From: a virus
Taxonomy: Duplodnaviria; Caudoviricetes
Length of the DNA: 55,941 nucleotides
Direction: 5' to 3' (one strand)
IMG/VR virus record: IMGVR_UViG_3300035704_000011
Span: 1 to 55,941 of that record
Shown here: positions 28,435 to 38,165 of the stretch, piece after piece
Position numbering within the stretch: the stretch's first letter is position 1
Layout of the letters: the number at the start of each line of letters is the position of its first letter
Notes under the pieces: model-generated
The model's database searches: none
The model's input: only the letters and a program-made list of their open reading frames with translations
What the model was told of the DNA's origin: nothing
Position numbers and translations under genes: made by a program

Positions 28435-29759
28435 AGTGGCAGCTCCCGCGCCTCCGACGTCGCCGCCTGTTCGGGACGGCTCCCCTCGGAGGATCGGATT
28501 GCGCCGTCTTCGATCACCACGCCAGTTTTGCCCTCGTCGTCGGTGACCTCCAGCCAGCATTGATAGTCCTGCGACTCGATCATTTCCGACAAAAGACGCA
28601 GGCTCTCGCGGTCGAGCAGCGAACCGTCGCGGATGCACAGCACGCGCAGCTTCGGATTGGCCGCCATGGCAATGGCCACGCTGACGCGGATCTTCTCGGC
28701 TTGCGAGGCTTGATCGAGCGGCAGCCCGTCGAACAGAACCTCGCCATCGCCAAAGCTCAGGCCCGGCACCGGCATCGAAGCATTGGCGATCGCCTCGGTC
28801 CTTCTCGCGAGCCGCTCTTCCATCGCGGTAGTCAACGCATGAGAGCGCGCTTCGAGAACCCGCGCTTCGGCCTCTATCGTCTCCCGACGCAGCTTGGCTT
28901 CGACCTGCGCGTTGATCTCGCGCGCCGCCTCAAGCTGATCGACGATGTCGGCGGTATCCACTTGATCCGGAACCGGCGGTTGTTCAGCGAGCTCTTTGTC
29001 GATCCGAGCCGCCTGCGTTTCGAGCTCGGCCGCGGCAGACTCCAGCGCGTCTGCTTCCCGGCGCAAATCCGCGGCTTCCTCGCGTCGTTCCGCTGCGGTC
29101 CGGCGCTCGCGATCGGCCTCGGCCTCCGTCGCCTCGCGCCGCCACTTTAGCCGCTCGAGTAAGGAATTCGCCTCCCCTGCCGAGCGCAACCTCTCTGTCA
29201 ACGCCGCAACGTCGATCGGCTCAGTCGGCAGGTCTCCCGGATATTGAATGCCGCCGGCCTGGCCGCGCAGCCGGCGCGCATCGCGGTTGACCTCGGTGCG
29301 AGTCTCGTAATCGCGTGCGTTTTGCCCATCCAGCGCATCAACGTCGCCGTCGAGCTTCACGAGGCGGCGCAGCGCGTCGAGCTGCTCTCGCGGCTCCATC
29401 CTGGTGAATTCGAGCGGGTCGAACGCGATCGCGCCAATCATCTCGTCGAGCATCCGCTGCGGCGATGGAAAGCGCGCACCTGACGCCGCCTCGACGGTCA
29501 CTGTCGAGCTGCCCTGCCCAAATCTCCGCGTGACGATGATCTCGCCGAGATCTAGTCGGATCCGCGCACTCTCCGCGCCGCGGCGGATTGGCCGCTGAGG
29601 CGTGGCCTTCAGGCCACCCACCGCGCTCCAAATCGCATCGAGCACGCTGGATTTCCCGGCAGCATTGGCTCCCCGGATTTCGACCAGATTGCCGTTTGGG
29701 GTGATCTCCACGGCGCGCAGCCGCTTGAAATTCTCGGCGGCCAGTTTGATGATCTTCAT
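28431..29759 (-). CDS. SMC-like AAA ATPase
   Basis: ENFKRL, Walker A GANAAGKSS, coiled coil, IRDGSLLD. Confidence 0.85.
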   Translation of the reverse strand: MKIIKLAAENFKRLRAVEITPNGNLVEIRGANAAGKSSVLDAIWSAVGGLKATPQRPIRRGAESARIRLDLGEIIVTRRFGQGSSTVTVEAASGARFPSPQRMLDEMIGAIAFDPLEFTRMEPREQLDALRRLVKLDGDVDALDGQNARDYETRTEVNRDARRLRGQAGGIQYPGDLPTEPIDVAALTERLRSAGEANSLLERLKWRREATEAEADRERRTAAERREEAADLRREADALESAAAELETQAARIDKELAEQPPVPDQVDTADIVDQLEAAREINAQVEAKLRRETIEAEARVLEARSHALTTAMEERLARRTEAIANASMPVPGLSFGDGEVLFDGLPLDQASQAEKIRVSVAIAMAANPKLRVLCIRDGSLLDRESLRLLSEMIESQDYQCWLEVTDDEGKTGVVIEDGAIRSSEGSRPEQAATSEARELPL

Positions 29760-29762
29760 GGT

Positions 29763-29951
29763 TTATGATCCGGTCGCGGTGACGATCAGCGTGTCGCCAG
29801 CAACGATGCGGAATGACGCCATGTTAGCGGCCCGCTCTCTAATAGGCTCGATGACGGTGCGTTTCGGCTGCTGGCCGACGACGAGTTCAATAACCTGAAT
29901 GTCTCGTGTCGCTGACTCGTCGTCGTTGTAGATGCTGACGGTGATCTTCAC
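29763..29951 (-). CDS. Hypothetical protein
   Basis: 62 aa, translationally coupled. Confidence 0.5.
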   Translation of the reverse strand: MKITVSIYNDDESATRDIQVIELVVGQQPKRTVIEPIRERAANMASFRIVAGDTLIVTATGS

Positions 29952-30880
29952 GCAACAATCCCCTGCCCTTCGCCGACCGGCGCCACTTCCTGCGTGCGCT
30001 CGATCTTGATCTTGGTCTGCACCGAGGCCTTGCGGATCTCTTTCGCCCCGTCGTGCGGCGCGCAGATGGTCGGCCGGATCGGAATTCGGGTAATCTTGCA
30101 GCGCGCGCCGTTGACGATCAGCCGGCCGGCGGTGCCGGTGCGCGCCAGAATCTTCGCCTGCATCAGTTCCTTGAGTTTGCGATTAAAGGTTTCATCCTTG
30201 CGCGCCGACGCAAACTGCCGAACCGTCTCCGCCAGCTCCTGGTCCTCGAGGTCCTCGATGATCTCTTCGGGATCGGCAGTCGGATAGAGCGCGGCGAGCA
30301 TCGGCAACTCGAGCGGCGAGCCCAGCGGATCAGGCGCGTCGTTCCTTTCGATGCTTTCGAAGAACAACGCCGCCTCCTCGCGCAGCCGGTCGGCCAACTC
30401 GCCGTTGCGCTCGCGTTCTAGCCAGCGCATTTCGTTGCCGCCGACCAGCGCGGCGATGATCCCATGATCGGTGCCGGCGGCGAGCATCTGGACCTGCAGC
30501 TGGATCTCGACATGCGGCGCTGCGGCGGTCTCGCTCCAGGTTTCTTTCCACCTGAGCCAGTCGATATTTTTCGCTTCGACAATGACGGGTCCGCGATCCG
30601 GCATGACCATCCGGCCATCGATCGTCGCCCCGAGTTGGCCGGCGCGCGTATATTCGTTGGCCGTGTTCTCGGCGACCTCCAGCCGGTAGGCGAGCGACGT
30701 GGCGTAGAGAATATCGTCCTGCAGCAGCTTGCCCCAGGCGATCCGCTCATTGCCGGCAACCTCCAGCGGCATGCCGTTTTTGAAGTGATGCCAGAGCATA
30801 AATTTGGTGAAGTACGGGTGCGCGTTGAACAGGGCCGCCGCTTGCGAGGCCGACACGCTTTGCTGGGTCGGATCGGGCAT
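29948..30880 (-). CDS. YqaJ/lambda-exonuclease-like recombination nuclease
   Basis: VSASQAAAL, GATIDG, VEAKN, QLQVQM. Confidence 0.85.
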   Translation of the reverse strand: MPDPTQQSVSASQAAALFNAHPYFTKFMLWHHFKNGMPLEVAGNERIAWGKLLQDDILYATSLAYRLEVAENTANEYTRAGQLGATIDGRMVMPDRGPVIVEAKNIDWLRWKETWSETAAAPHVEIQLQVQMLAAGTDHGIIAALVGGNEMRWLERERNGELADRLREEAALFFESIERNDAPDPLGSPLELPMLAALYPTADPEEIIEDLEDQELAETVRQFASARKDETFNRKLKELMQAKILARTGTAGRLIVNGARCKITRIPIRPTICAPHDGAKEIRKASVQTKIKIERTQEVAPVGEGQGIVA

Positions 30881-31213
30881 TTACATCGCCCAGCGCAGGA
30901 GCGCAGCCTCAGTGATCGTGACGCCGGCCCACGCGACCCCGGCACCCAGTGAAATTGCAACCAGCCACAGGAAAAGGTTGGCGACGATCGCCCAGCCATC
31001 GGCGCAGCGCAATATTATCGCTACGACCGCGCTGAGGGCCGTAATAATCAGTCCCCAGGCACCCAGCGACAGCGCGAGCAGTATGGCCGCAGCCGCTATC
31101 TTTGGGGCCCGGCGCTCATAGCGCCGCGGGTCGATCGTGCGGGTGGGGGGATTGCTGACCGCGCCGGTGATGGAAAGGAGCTCCGGACGCAGCGGAACGA
31201 CCTCTCCGGTCAT
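30881..31213 (-). CDS. Membrane protein
   Basis: Two hydrophobic segments. Confidence 0.55.
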   Translation of the reverse strand: MTGEVVPLRPELLSITGAVSNPPTRTIDPRRYERRAPKIAAAAILLALSLGAWGLIITALSAVVAIILRCADGWAIVANLFLWLVAISLGAGVAWAGVTITEAALLRWAM

Positions 31214-31359
31214 AGAGGGAACCAGCCGGCCGGGGCCTGCAGCGCGGCAGTGACGACGAGCGTCAGCCCCGCGGCTACGCACATAACGAAAATCACGGCG
31301 TCGGTGCGCTGGCGTTGCCGCCGCATCCCGATAAGCTGCTCCTTGAGCGGGTGGCTCAT
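31210..31359 (-). CDS. Small membrane protein
   Basis: GAGGAG RBS, one TM segment. Confidence 0.5.
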   Translation of the reverse strand: MSHPLKEQLIGMRRQRQRTDAVIFVMCVAAGLTLVVTAALQAPAGWFPL

Positions 31360-31385
31360 GACGTTGTCTCCTCTACTTGCGTCGT

Positions 31386-31619
31386 TCATTTCGTCTCCTC
31401 CACAGGCTTGTATAAAATCGCTCCAGCCGGCGCGGCCTCGACCGCAGTGATTGGCGCGTTCAGCGCCTTGATGTAAATTGCGCGGCACTGCTCAATGCCG
31501 TCGATGTGCCGCTGTTGCGCGTAGAGTTCGATCAGCGAGATGGCGCGCCGGTGCTCCAGATCCGTCAGCACATCCCGGCAGTGGAGAAGGCAGTCGGCGG
31601 CTGATTGGGGATCGCTCAT
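31386..31619 (-). CDS. Hypothetical protein
   Basis: Coupled ORF in leftward operon. Confidence 0.55.
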   Translation of the reverse strand: MSDPQSAADCLLHCRDVLTDLEHRRAISLIELYAQQRHIDGIEQCRAIYIKALNAPITAVEAAPAGAILYKPVEETK

Positions 31620-31807
31620 TCAGGAAGCCCTTTCCTTTCTATGAGCGCGCGCAGCAGCTGCGCCTTGGCGACGACCGTGATTTTGGAGGCCCGCAGATAG
31701 GTCATCGCGGTGATCGCCACGTCATTGCGGCCGGCCAAATCCTGCCGCCGGCTGAGGCGGTCGAACCGCACCTTGTTAGGACCCCTCGGCACGCCGCGGC
31801 GGCTCAT
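31616..31807 (-). CDS. Hypothetical protein
   Basis: Coupled ORF in leftward operon. Confidence 0.5.
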   Translation of the reverse strand: MSRRGVPRGPNKVRFDRLSRRQDLAGRNDVAITAMTYLRASKITVVAKAQLLRALIERKGLPE

Positions 31808-32136
31808 CGCCCGCGCGCCTTAGCGAGCGCTGCGGTAGCTTCTTCCCACGCACTGAGCGCTAACCGGTAGCTTGCGTCGGCGTCTACGTACTCCTCTGGC
31901 ATCGGCTTGCCGCGCGTTACCAGCACAGCATTGAGCGCCTCGAACATATCTGGCGCGGCTGCAATCAGTGCGGCGCGCTGTCGTTTAGCCTCGAAAGGCG
32001 TCGGGTCAGCAAAACTTAGCCGCGCTATGTCGAGGTTGTTCTCCGGGTGCGGCCATGCCGGATAGCGGATATACGGGCCGCCATAGGTCACCCAATCAAT
32101 CCGCCAGTCCTCGTATTTGCCTTTCCACTCGGTCAT
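31804..32136 (-). CDS. Hypothetical phage protein (LIAAAPDM motif)
   Basis: AALIAAAPDMFEAL...AALAKARG, common among phage early proteins. Confidence 0.7.
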   Translation of the reverse strand: MTEWKGKYEDWRIDWVTYGGPYIRYPAWPHPENNLDIARLSFADPTPFEAKRQRAALIAAAPDMFEALNAVLVTRGKPMPEEYVDADASYRLALSAWEEATAALAKARGR

Positions 32137-32549
32137 CGCCCGATCTCCGCGAGCGCGATCTCGGCCCGGCGCATCGCGGTTGCCTCGGGTTCGGCGGCAA
32201 GCGCGGTCTCGATTCGTTCATGCCGCCGGATGCGTTCGCGGATGTTCCGCTCGGTCAGTGTGATCATTTCGCCACCATGCAGCTCCACCAGGAGCGTGCG
32301 ATTGCGCTGCAGCCAACGGAGCCCGAACCAGGGCTTGTCTGATGGTGGCGCCTGCTCGTACTCCGGCGGACACGGCACCAACTCGCACCGGTCGTATCTG
32401 CCGAGCTGTTGTCCCGGCTCATCCTCGGGCCGCGCGAAGACCGGACCGTTGGGCTCGGGCTCGCCCGCGAAGTGCGTGCGAACGTGGTCGACGATCAGCG
32501 GGCTGACGAGCGGCTGATCCCGGAGCAGCACCCGGTCGCCGGGCTTCAT
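32133..32549 (-). CDS. Hypothetical protein
   Basis: Coupled ORF. Confidence 0.55.
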   Translation of the reverse strand: MKPGDRVLLRDQPLVSPLIVDHVRTHFAGEPEPNGPVFARPEDEPGQQLGRYDRCELVPCPPEYEQAPPSDKPWFGLRWLQRNRTLLVELHGGEMITLTERNIRERIRRHERIETALAAEPEATAMRRAEIALAEIGR

Positions 32550-32863
32550 ACGAGGCCCCGGGACAGCTCGATCGCCGCCTGTTGAATCGTAATTACAGCC
32601 TTGTCCGCATGCGCTTGCGCTTTATGCCGAGCGCTCGCTGCCGCGTCGCGGGTGTCATAAACCAGCGCGGCGTCGAACCACTGCGGTCGCGAATACCGGC
32701 CTTGTGGATCGTGCTTGCTGCCGGCAACTTCAAGACAGATCTGCAGCCGCCCGGCACGGGTGCGCTCAGCCCGACCTTGGAGGAAGCACAGCCTAGCAAG
32801 GCGAGCTCCGGGCCCGGCTACGAGCCAGCGGATGTTGTCGGCGGCGGCGGCCGGCGCGATCAT
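32546..32863 (-). CDS. Hypothetical protein
   Basis: Coupled ORF. Confidence 0.5.
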   Translation of the reverse strand: MIAPAAAADNIRWLVAGPGARLARLCFLQGRAERTRAGRLQICLEVAGSKHDPQGRYSRPQWFDAALVYDTRDAAASARHKAQAHADKAVITIQQAAIELSRGLV

Positions 32864-34143
32864 CCCGCCGCTCCGGCGAGCGACTGGAATTCCGCGATCC
32901 AGCCCTCAACGATCATCGCCAGTTGATTCGTCGCTGGAGTGTCGCCCTTGTGGATCCCGAGAAACCAACGCTCAATCTGCCGATCAGAATTGGCAAAGCC
33001 GAGTTCACTTAACGGCACGCGCCGAATATTGGCGATCGTTCCAGCCAAGCAGGCGCAATCGCCGGTGTAGGTCGATCCGTCTATCCGACCTTCGCGTAGG
33101 GCGGCGAGCAGGCCAGGGATCTCGGGCTGCGCGCGCAATAGAACATCCCAAAAATCATTGCGGACGCCGTCGAGGCGGGCGCCGTCGAGGCTGGCGCCGA
33201 AGAGGCTGGCGCCGTCGAGGCGGGCGCCGTCGAGGCGGGCGGCGTCGAGGCTGGCGCCGACGAGGCTGGCGCCGAAGAGGCGGGCGCCGTCGAGGCGGGC
33301 GCCGTCGAGGCGGGCGCCGTCGAGGCGGGCGGCGTCGAGGCGGGCGCCGACGAGGCTGCCGCCGTCGAGGCTGGCGCCGAAGAGGCGGGCGCCGACGAGG
33401 CTGGCGCGGTCGAGGCGGGCGCCGTCGAGGCGGGCGCCGTCGAGGCGGGCGCCGTCGAGGCGGGCGGCGTCGAGGCTGGCGCCGTCGAGGCGGGCGCGGT
33501 CGAGGCGGGCGCCGTCGAGGCGGGCGGCGTCGAGGCTGGCGCCGACGAGGCTGGCGCCGTCGAGGCTGGCGCCGAAGAGGCGGGCGCCGACGAGGCTGGC
33601 GCGGTCGAGGCGGGCGCCGTCGAGGCGGGCGCCGTCGAGGCGGGCGCCGTCGAGGCTGGCGCCGACGAGGCTGGCGCCGACGAGGCTGGCGCCGACGAGG
33701 CTGGCGCGGTCGAGGCGGGCGCCGTCGAGGTGGGCGCCGTCGAGGCGGGCGCCGTCGAGGCGGGCGGCGTCGAGGCTGGCGGCGTCGAGGCTGGCGCCGA
33801 CGAGGCTGGCGTCGAGGCGGGCGCCGTCGAGGCTGGCGCCGACGAGGTGGGCGCCGTCGAGGCGGGCGCCGTCGAGGCGGGCGGCGTCGAGGCTGGCGCC
33901 GACGAGGCGGGCGCCGACGAGGCTGGCGCCGTCGAGGCGGGCGCCGTCGAGGCTGGCGCCGACGAGGCGGGCACCGTCGAGGCTGGCGCCGTCTGAGACT
34001 ACGATCTCAAGCGCGGCACGAAGGTACCATCGCTCTTCGTAGGCCGGGATCTGCACCTCAAGTGAGGCGCGGCCCGTCCATCTGAGGAACGGGATCTTTA
34101 CGGTGATGGTGCCGGTAGCGGCGTCGGCGTCGTCGTCTGGCAT
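32860..34143 (-). CDS. Pentapeptide repeat protein
   Basis: About 55 A(R/S)L(D/V/F)G repeats between non-repetitive ends; GGAGGGGAG RBS. Confidence 0.92.
   Translation of the reverse strand: MPDDDADAATGTITVKIPFLRWTGRASLEVQIPAYEERWYLRAALEIVVSDGASLDGARLVGASLDGARLDGASLVGARLVGASLDAARLDGARLDGAHLVGASLDGARLDASLVGASLDAASLDAARLDGARLDGAHLDGARLDRASLVGASLVGASLVGASLDGARLDGARLDGARLDRASLVGARLFGASLDGASLVGASLDAARLDGARLDRARLDGASLDAARLDGARLDGARLDGARLDRASLVGARLFGASLDGGSLVGARLDAARLDGARLDGARLDGARLFGASLVGASLDAARLDGARLDGASLFGASLDGARLDGVRNDFWDVLLRAQPEIPGLLAALREGRIDGSTYTGDCACLAGTIANIRRVPLSELGFANSDRQIERWFLGIHKGDTPATNQLAMIVEGWIAEFQSLAGAAG
33163..33993. repeat. 15-bp tandem repeat tract encoding the pentapeptides
   Basis: Near-identical gccgtcgaggcgggc units; one 12-bp unit near 33805. 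Confidence 0.95.
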
Positions 34144-34170
34144 GCTCCCCTCCCGCATATTGTCCGAGCC

Positions 34171-34223
34171 ACGATATTTGCATTCATGCACATTGGTCAA
34201 GAGGAAAGTTTGCAATTATGCGC
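34171..34223 (-). promoter_or_regulatory. PL-like promoter and OL operators
   Basis: -35 TTGACC (34200-34195), -10 TATCGT (34176-34171); TTGCA-N4-TGCRC boxes at 34178-34191 and 34210-34223. Confidence 0.75.
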
Positions 34224-34318
34224 ATCGGGGGGGGGCAGCGGCGCGGACGGCGAGACAATAATGTGGCAGCTTATGCAATCGGCCGAGCCACGTTGGTTAG
34301 CTATGTCGGGAGGAAAAA

Positions 34319-34717
34319 ATGAACGCCCTAGAAGAGGCCGAAAATCGCTTCCTTAGTACGGTCGAGCGACTGATCCCGGACTATTTCGCAGAGGCCGCGC
34401 CACCGAGACCGGGCTGGGGTTGGCCAGTGGTCAAGGTTAGTGCGGTCCCCATGGCGGCGGTCTGCGCCGCGCTTGCTGCCGCGAGTTTCGGTTGGCTGCC
34501 AGATATGGACGCAGGCTTCGAAGGCTCGCTGAGTGGCCTTTTCCTGGCAATCCTGGTGAGTCGGTGGCTCGCCGGGCCCTACGCCGCCATGGTGGGCGTC
34601 GCTCTGTCGGGCGCCGGAATACTTTGCCTGTCAGGGACAACCGACGGCGCGCAATGGCTCGAAGGATATGCCGCCATGATGGTCTGCTTGTGCGGCACAG
34701 CGATGATGACCGGCTAG
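34319..34717 (+). CDS. Membrane protein in the immunity region
   Basis: GGAGG RBS; about four hydrophobic segments. Confidence 0.65.
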   Translation: MNALEEAENRFLSTVERLIPDYFAEAAPPRPGWGWPVVKVSAVPMAAVCAALAAASFGWLPDMDAGFEGSLSGLFLAILVSRWLAGPYAAMVGVALSGAGILCLSGTTDGAQWLEGYAAMMVCLCGTAMMTG

Positions 34718-35172
34718 TCTTGGCCGCGCAGGTTCCTTCGTCGGCGTAGAATCGTCCGCGCCAAAAAGAGCGCGTTCTCATCGTTGATGACGGGACGCCC
34801 GGCGTTCTCGCATTCAGCCAGGACGTCGTAAAAATCCGCGGCGATCTCGGCTATCACGGCAGCGCGATCGGGCAGCTCGCGACTACCCACGACATCCTCG
34901 GCGACAAGATACGCCGCTCGAAGTTTCTGCAGATCCGGCATCTTCGCCTCTGCGTTCGACAGCGCAGGCGGCAGCGGCACGCCGCTGGCGCCTGATAGCT
35001 TGGCGAGCGTGAGCGTCGACAGCACATGCTTGGTCGGCTGATTGAGGAACCGGGTAACGGTCGACGGCGCAACGCCCGCCGCTATGGCGAGCTTTGTCGC
35101 GCTGAGCCCGCTGACCCGCACCATCGCCTCGACCAAGTCTTTTATGACCTGTCGCACGTCGTCATTGCGCAT
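34714..35172 (-). CDS. CI-like repressor (XRE HTH, no peptidase domain)
   Basis: SGLSATKLAIAAGVAPSTVTRFLN; divergent from cro; 152 aa. Confidence 0.82.
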   Translation of the reverse strand: MRNDDVRQVIKDLVEAMVRVSGLSATKLAIAAGVAPSTVTRFLNQPTKHVLSTLTLAKLSGASGVPLPPALSNAEAKMPDLQKLRAAYLVAEDVVGSRELPDRAAVIAEIAADFYDVLAECENAGRPVINDENALFLARTILRRRRNLRGQD

Positions 35173-35174
35173 GT

Positions 35175-35263
35175 TTGCATCTTTGCGCGCGAGAGGGCCG
35201 GCTGTCCGCTTGCAAGATTGCGCAAATTTTCGCTTGACGATGTTGCAAGAATGCAAATAGCCT
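35175..35263. promoter_or_regulatory. OR operators (three) and PR promoter
   Basis: TTGCA-N4-TGCRM at 35175-35188, 35210-35223, 35243-35256; -35 TTGACG 35234-35239, -10 TAGCCT 35258-35263. Confidence 0.8.
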
Positions 35264-35270
35264 TGCGCGC

Positions 35271-35495
35271 ATGAGCATTCCCAGCCCGGAGGAAATCGAG
35301 CGCCGCGTGAAGAGCGCCGGCCTTTCGATGCGAGAGGCCTGCAAACGAGCGGATGTCCACCAATCCACCTGGTCTCGGTGGAAATCAGGGAAGGGCGCCA
35401 CCGTCGGCGCACTGCAGCGGCTCGTGGATGTGGTTGTCGCGGCCGAACGGGCGCGCGGTGCTGCGGATCAGCCTTCTGGGGCGGCGCGGTGCTGA
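35271..35495 (+). CDS. Cro-like repressor
   Basis: AGLSMREACKRADVHQSTWSRWKSG HTH. Confidence 0.85.
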   Translation: MSIPSPEEIERRVKSAGLSMREACKRADVHQSTWSRWKSGKGATVGALQRLVDVVVAAERARGAADQPSGAARC

Positions 35496-35719
35496 GCTTC
35501 CGGCCGGGACCCTATGGTGGGGCAGCGTCGGCTACGGCGGGCCGCGCTGGCGGGAATTGCAGCTGGGGAGCTGACGTCATTCGCGGCGCCGGTCCCGCAA
35601 GTCTTCCAGGCGCGCGCGCCGTCGCCGCCTGCTCTCCAGCTTGCGGCGCAGCCGCAGCCACAGCACTGGCACGGCGAGCACGCCGAGCGCCGCCAGCCCT
35701 AGCGCGATAGGCGCGGTCA

Positions 35720-35989
35720 ATGGCAGACTCCTGCACCGCGCTCGAATTCCCGGTCGTTGAACTGGCAGACCGGCCCGGTGCCGCACGCTACGCCATCCGC
35801 TTTCGCGGCCAGGCTTCCACCTATGTCGCCGTGTACCTGCAAGAGAATTGGCGGCACGCATGGGAGCGCGCCGGGCGTTCGGTGCCGCCGGCCCTGGTCA
35901 TCCTCGATTCCGATATGGAGCTGCTGACCGCTTTCGGCGATGCCGACCTGCGCGCGGTCGGGGTCTTGCGGATTGAGGCCGGTCAATGA
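35720..35989 (+). CDS. Hypothetical protein
   Basis: 89-aa ORF with high GC3. Confidence 0.55.
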   Translation: MADSCTALEFPVVELADRPGAARYAIRFRGQASTYVAVYLQENWRHAWERAGRSVPPALVILDSDMELLTAFGDADLRAVGVLRIEAGQ

Positions 35990-36484
35990 CGATCCCCAGG
36001 CGTCACGGTGCCGGGGATGCGGCTCGCCTTTGGCTGAGGGACGAGGGCTCGACGCCGCGCCTGTGGGGGGCCGTCGGAGATCACGGACCCGGCGGCTCCC
36101 CTGTCGCACAGCGCGCCGCGGGTGCAGGCGCACTGACGCTCGCGAGCCTCGGTCAGCTTGTCGTTGGGGGAAAACGACTGAAGCTCGCGGGCGTTCTCAT
36201 TCGAATCCATAGGGGGCCTTTGTCGGGCAACCGGTGCCAAAGGCATGCAGGCCGGCCTTCGATGTCGGGTCCGGCCCTTTGTCTCTGCCGAGAAAAATCT
36301 CGGTGGCCAGATGCTGGGCGTCGTGGCGGCCCCAATACGCGAAGGCCGGTGGAGGTGGAGCCGATCCAATGCTCCGCCGGCCAGCGCTGCGTCAGTCTCT
36401 CTGATCAGCCGCCGCGCCTGTTCCACCAGTCGCGCGGCCCAATGTTTCACGGGAAACCGGTCTCCTTTCATCGCTGCGCTTTCC

Positions 36485-36841
36485 ATGTCCCAACAATCGG
36501 CAGGAATGCGCGAAATGGCGAGGAGGCCGGTGGCCAGTGAGACTAGCTTGTTCGATAGCGGCATTGCCGACCGCGCCGCGACATTCCTGGCTGTTAACCA
36601 CGCCGGGCCGCACGCCACGAAGCGCATTTCGCGCGCGTTCGGCGTCAGCTTGGGGATGGCGAAACTGCTGCGCGCCGGCCGCGGCTGGACCGTGGCGCGC
36701 CTCGATCAGGCTGTCCGGGTTTATGGCCAGGCGTTTGGCGATTTTGTGTTTCCGCCATCGGCCGACGAGATCCACGACCGCCTCGACCGGATCGAGCGGC
36801 AATTGTCGGAAATCCGCAACGACCTGCGGGGGGAGCAATGA
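36485..36841 (+). CDS. CII-like HTH regulator
   Basis: HATKRISRAFGVSLGMAKLLRAG plus C-terminal coiled coil; downstream of cro. Confidence 0.55.
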   Translation: MSQQSAGMREMARRPVASETSLFDSGIADRAATFLAVNHAGPHATKRISRAFGVSLGMAKLLRAGRGWTVARLDQAVRVYGQAFGDFVFPPSADEIHDRLDRIERQLSEIRNDLRGEQ

Positions 36842-36950
36842 ATGGTCGATTGGATCCGTCGCGTTGTCGGCTGTGCGCTGGCGTGCGCGTCAGATGCGTT
36901 CAGATGGCTTTCGCGGCAGGTGACGCCACCACGTAGCAAGGGGGGAGAGA

Positions 36951-37583
36951 ATGGCACGGAAAGGGAAGAGCAACGGTAATGGGTATGCCGACGGCGAAGC
37001 GCCAGAGGCCTTACCTGGTGCCGACGTCGAGTTGCTCGACAGGCTGCCCGACATTGCCGCTCGTATCGACAGCGCCAAGGCAAAGTCGGATGACGCGCGC
37101 AGCGACCTCGGGCACATCTACCACCAGGCCGAGGAGGACGGCTTCAACCGCAGGGCCATCAAAGAGGCGGTACGCCTGCGCAATATGGAGCCGGACAAGC
37201 GGAATGATTACCTCGCGAGCCTCAACGCCTACTGCGCCAAGCTCTGCATCTGGGGTCAGGGTGCGATTTTCGAGGAACCGCGGCCGCCGCAGCCGGATGC
37301 ACTTTCCTTTGTTGCGGCACCAACCAAGGAAGAGCTGCACGAGAGCTTGGCGCAAGCCAATCATGACGCTGCCGGCTATACACACGAAGTCGGCCGGCAA
37401 GCCGGGCTAGAAGGCAAGAGCCCCACCGACAACCCCTGGCCCGCAGGCGGCGCGGCGTACGGCGTGTGGCACAGGGGCTGGCTCGCCGGGCAGGAAGAGC
37501 TCGTCAACAACACCATCGGCAAAGCCCCGCGCAAGCGCCGCAAGGCCAAAGATGGCGGGGGCACTGAGGCCCAAGTCCATTGA
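36951..37583 (+). CDS. GapR (DUF2312)-like domain fused to Rmf/CrpP-like domain
   Basis: IYHQAEEDGFNRRAIKEAVRLRNME resembles GapR; GRQAGLEGKSPTDNPW...WHRGW resembles RMF. Confidence 0.7.
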   Translation: MARKGKSNGNGYADGEAPEALPGADVELLDRLPDIAARIDSAKAKSDDARSDLGHIYHQAEEDGFNRRAIKEAVRLRNMEPDKRNDYLASLNAYCAKLCIWGQGAIFEEPRPPQPDALSFVAAPTKEELHESLAQANHDAAGYTHEVGRQAGLEGKSPTDNPWPAGGAAYGVWHRGWLAGQEELVNNTIGKAPRKRRKAKDGGGTEAQVH

Positions 37584-38068
37584 CCGACGCTGTCGAGATA
37601 ACCGTGCTCGGCAAACCGGTCAGCTGGAAGCGGGCCCAGCGAAACCCGATGACCGGCGCCGTCTATGTCGATCAGGCCAGCGAGAATTACCGCGCGATCA
37701 TCCGGGAAGCGGCGCGCGCTCCGATGCGCGGTCGCCCTATCTTCGATGGGCCAGTGGAAGTCTCGGTCATCGCAGTGTTCCAGATCCCGCGATCCTGGCC
37801 GAAATATCGAATAGCGCAGGCTGTAGCGGGCTGTGTTCCCTACACTGGCAGTCTCGACCTCGACAATATCATCAAGGCGCTGAAGGACAGTCTCAAGGGC
37901 GTCGTCTATCAAGACGACAGGCTCGTCTCGTCATACGGCGCCTGCGCCAAAATCTATGGCGAGAAGCCCCGGCTCGAGGTCCGCATTGCGCCGATCGCCG
38001 TGAAGGCTGCGGTCAGGATCGGCCGGCCGCTCGAGCACACGCCGGACCTATTCGCGGGTGGAGCATGA
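37580..38068 (+). CDS. rusA: RusA-family Holliday junction resolvase
   Basis: DLDNIIKALKDSLKGVVYQDDRLV. Confidence 0.92.
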   Translation: MTDAVEITVLGKPVSWKRAQRNPMTGAVYVDQASENYRAIIREAARAPMRGRPIFDGPVEVSVIAVFQIPRSWPKYRIAQAVAGCVPYTGSLDLDNIIKALKDSLKGVVYQDDRLVSSYGACAKIYGEKPRLEVRIAPIAVKAAVRIGRPLEHTPDLFAGGA

Positions 38069-38165
38069 GCCGCGCCCGCAAAGCTTCGGCGCCGTTTCAT
38101 TGGGTGCCGGAGGCCTTGCTGGCCAGGTCCCAATGCGCCCTGGCCAGCCCTTTCGGGAGCGGCGC

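Noticed and set aside
32715-34085. Long Arg/Gly- or Ala/Pro/Ser/Thr-rich ORFs in other frames, or a CRISPR array
   Set aside because: Shadow frames of the 15-bp coding repeat; no unique spacers and no cas genes
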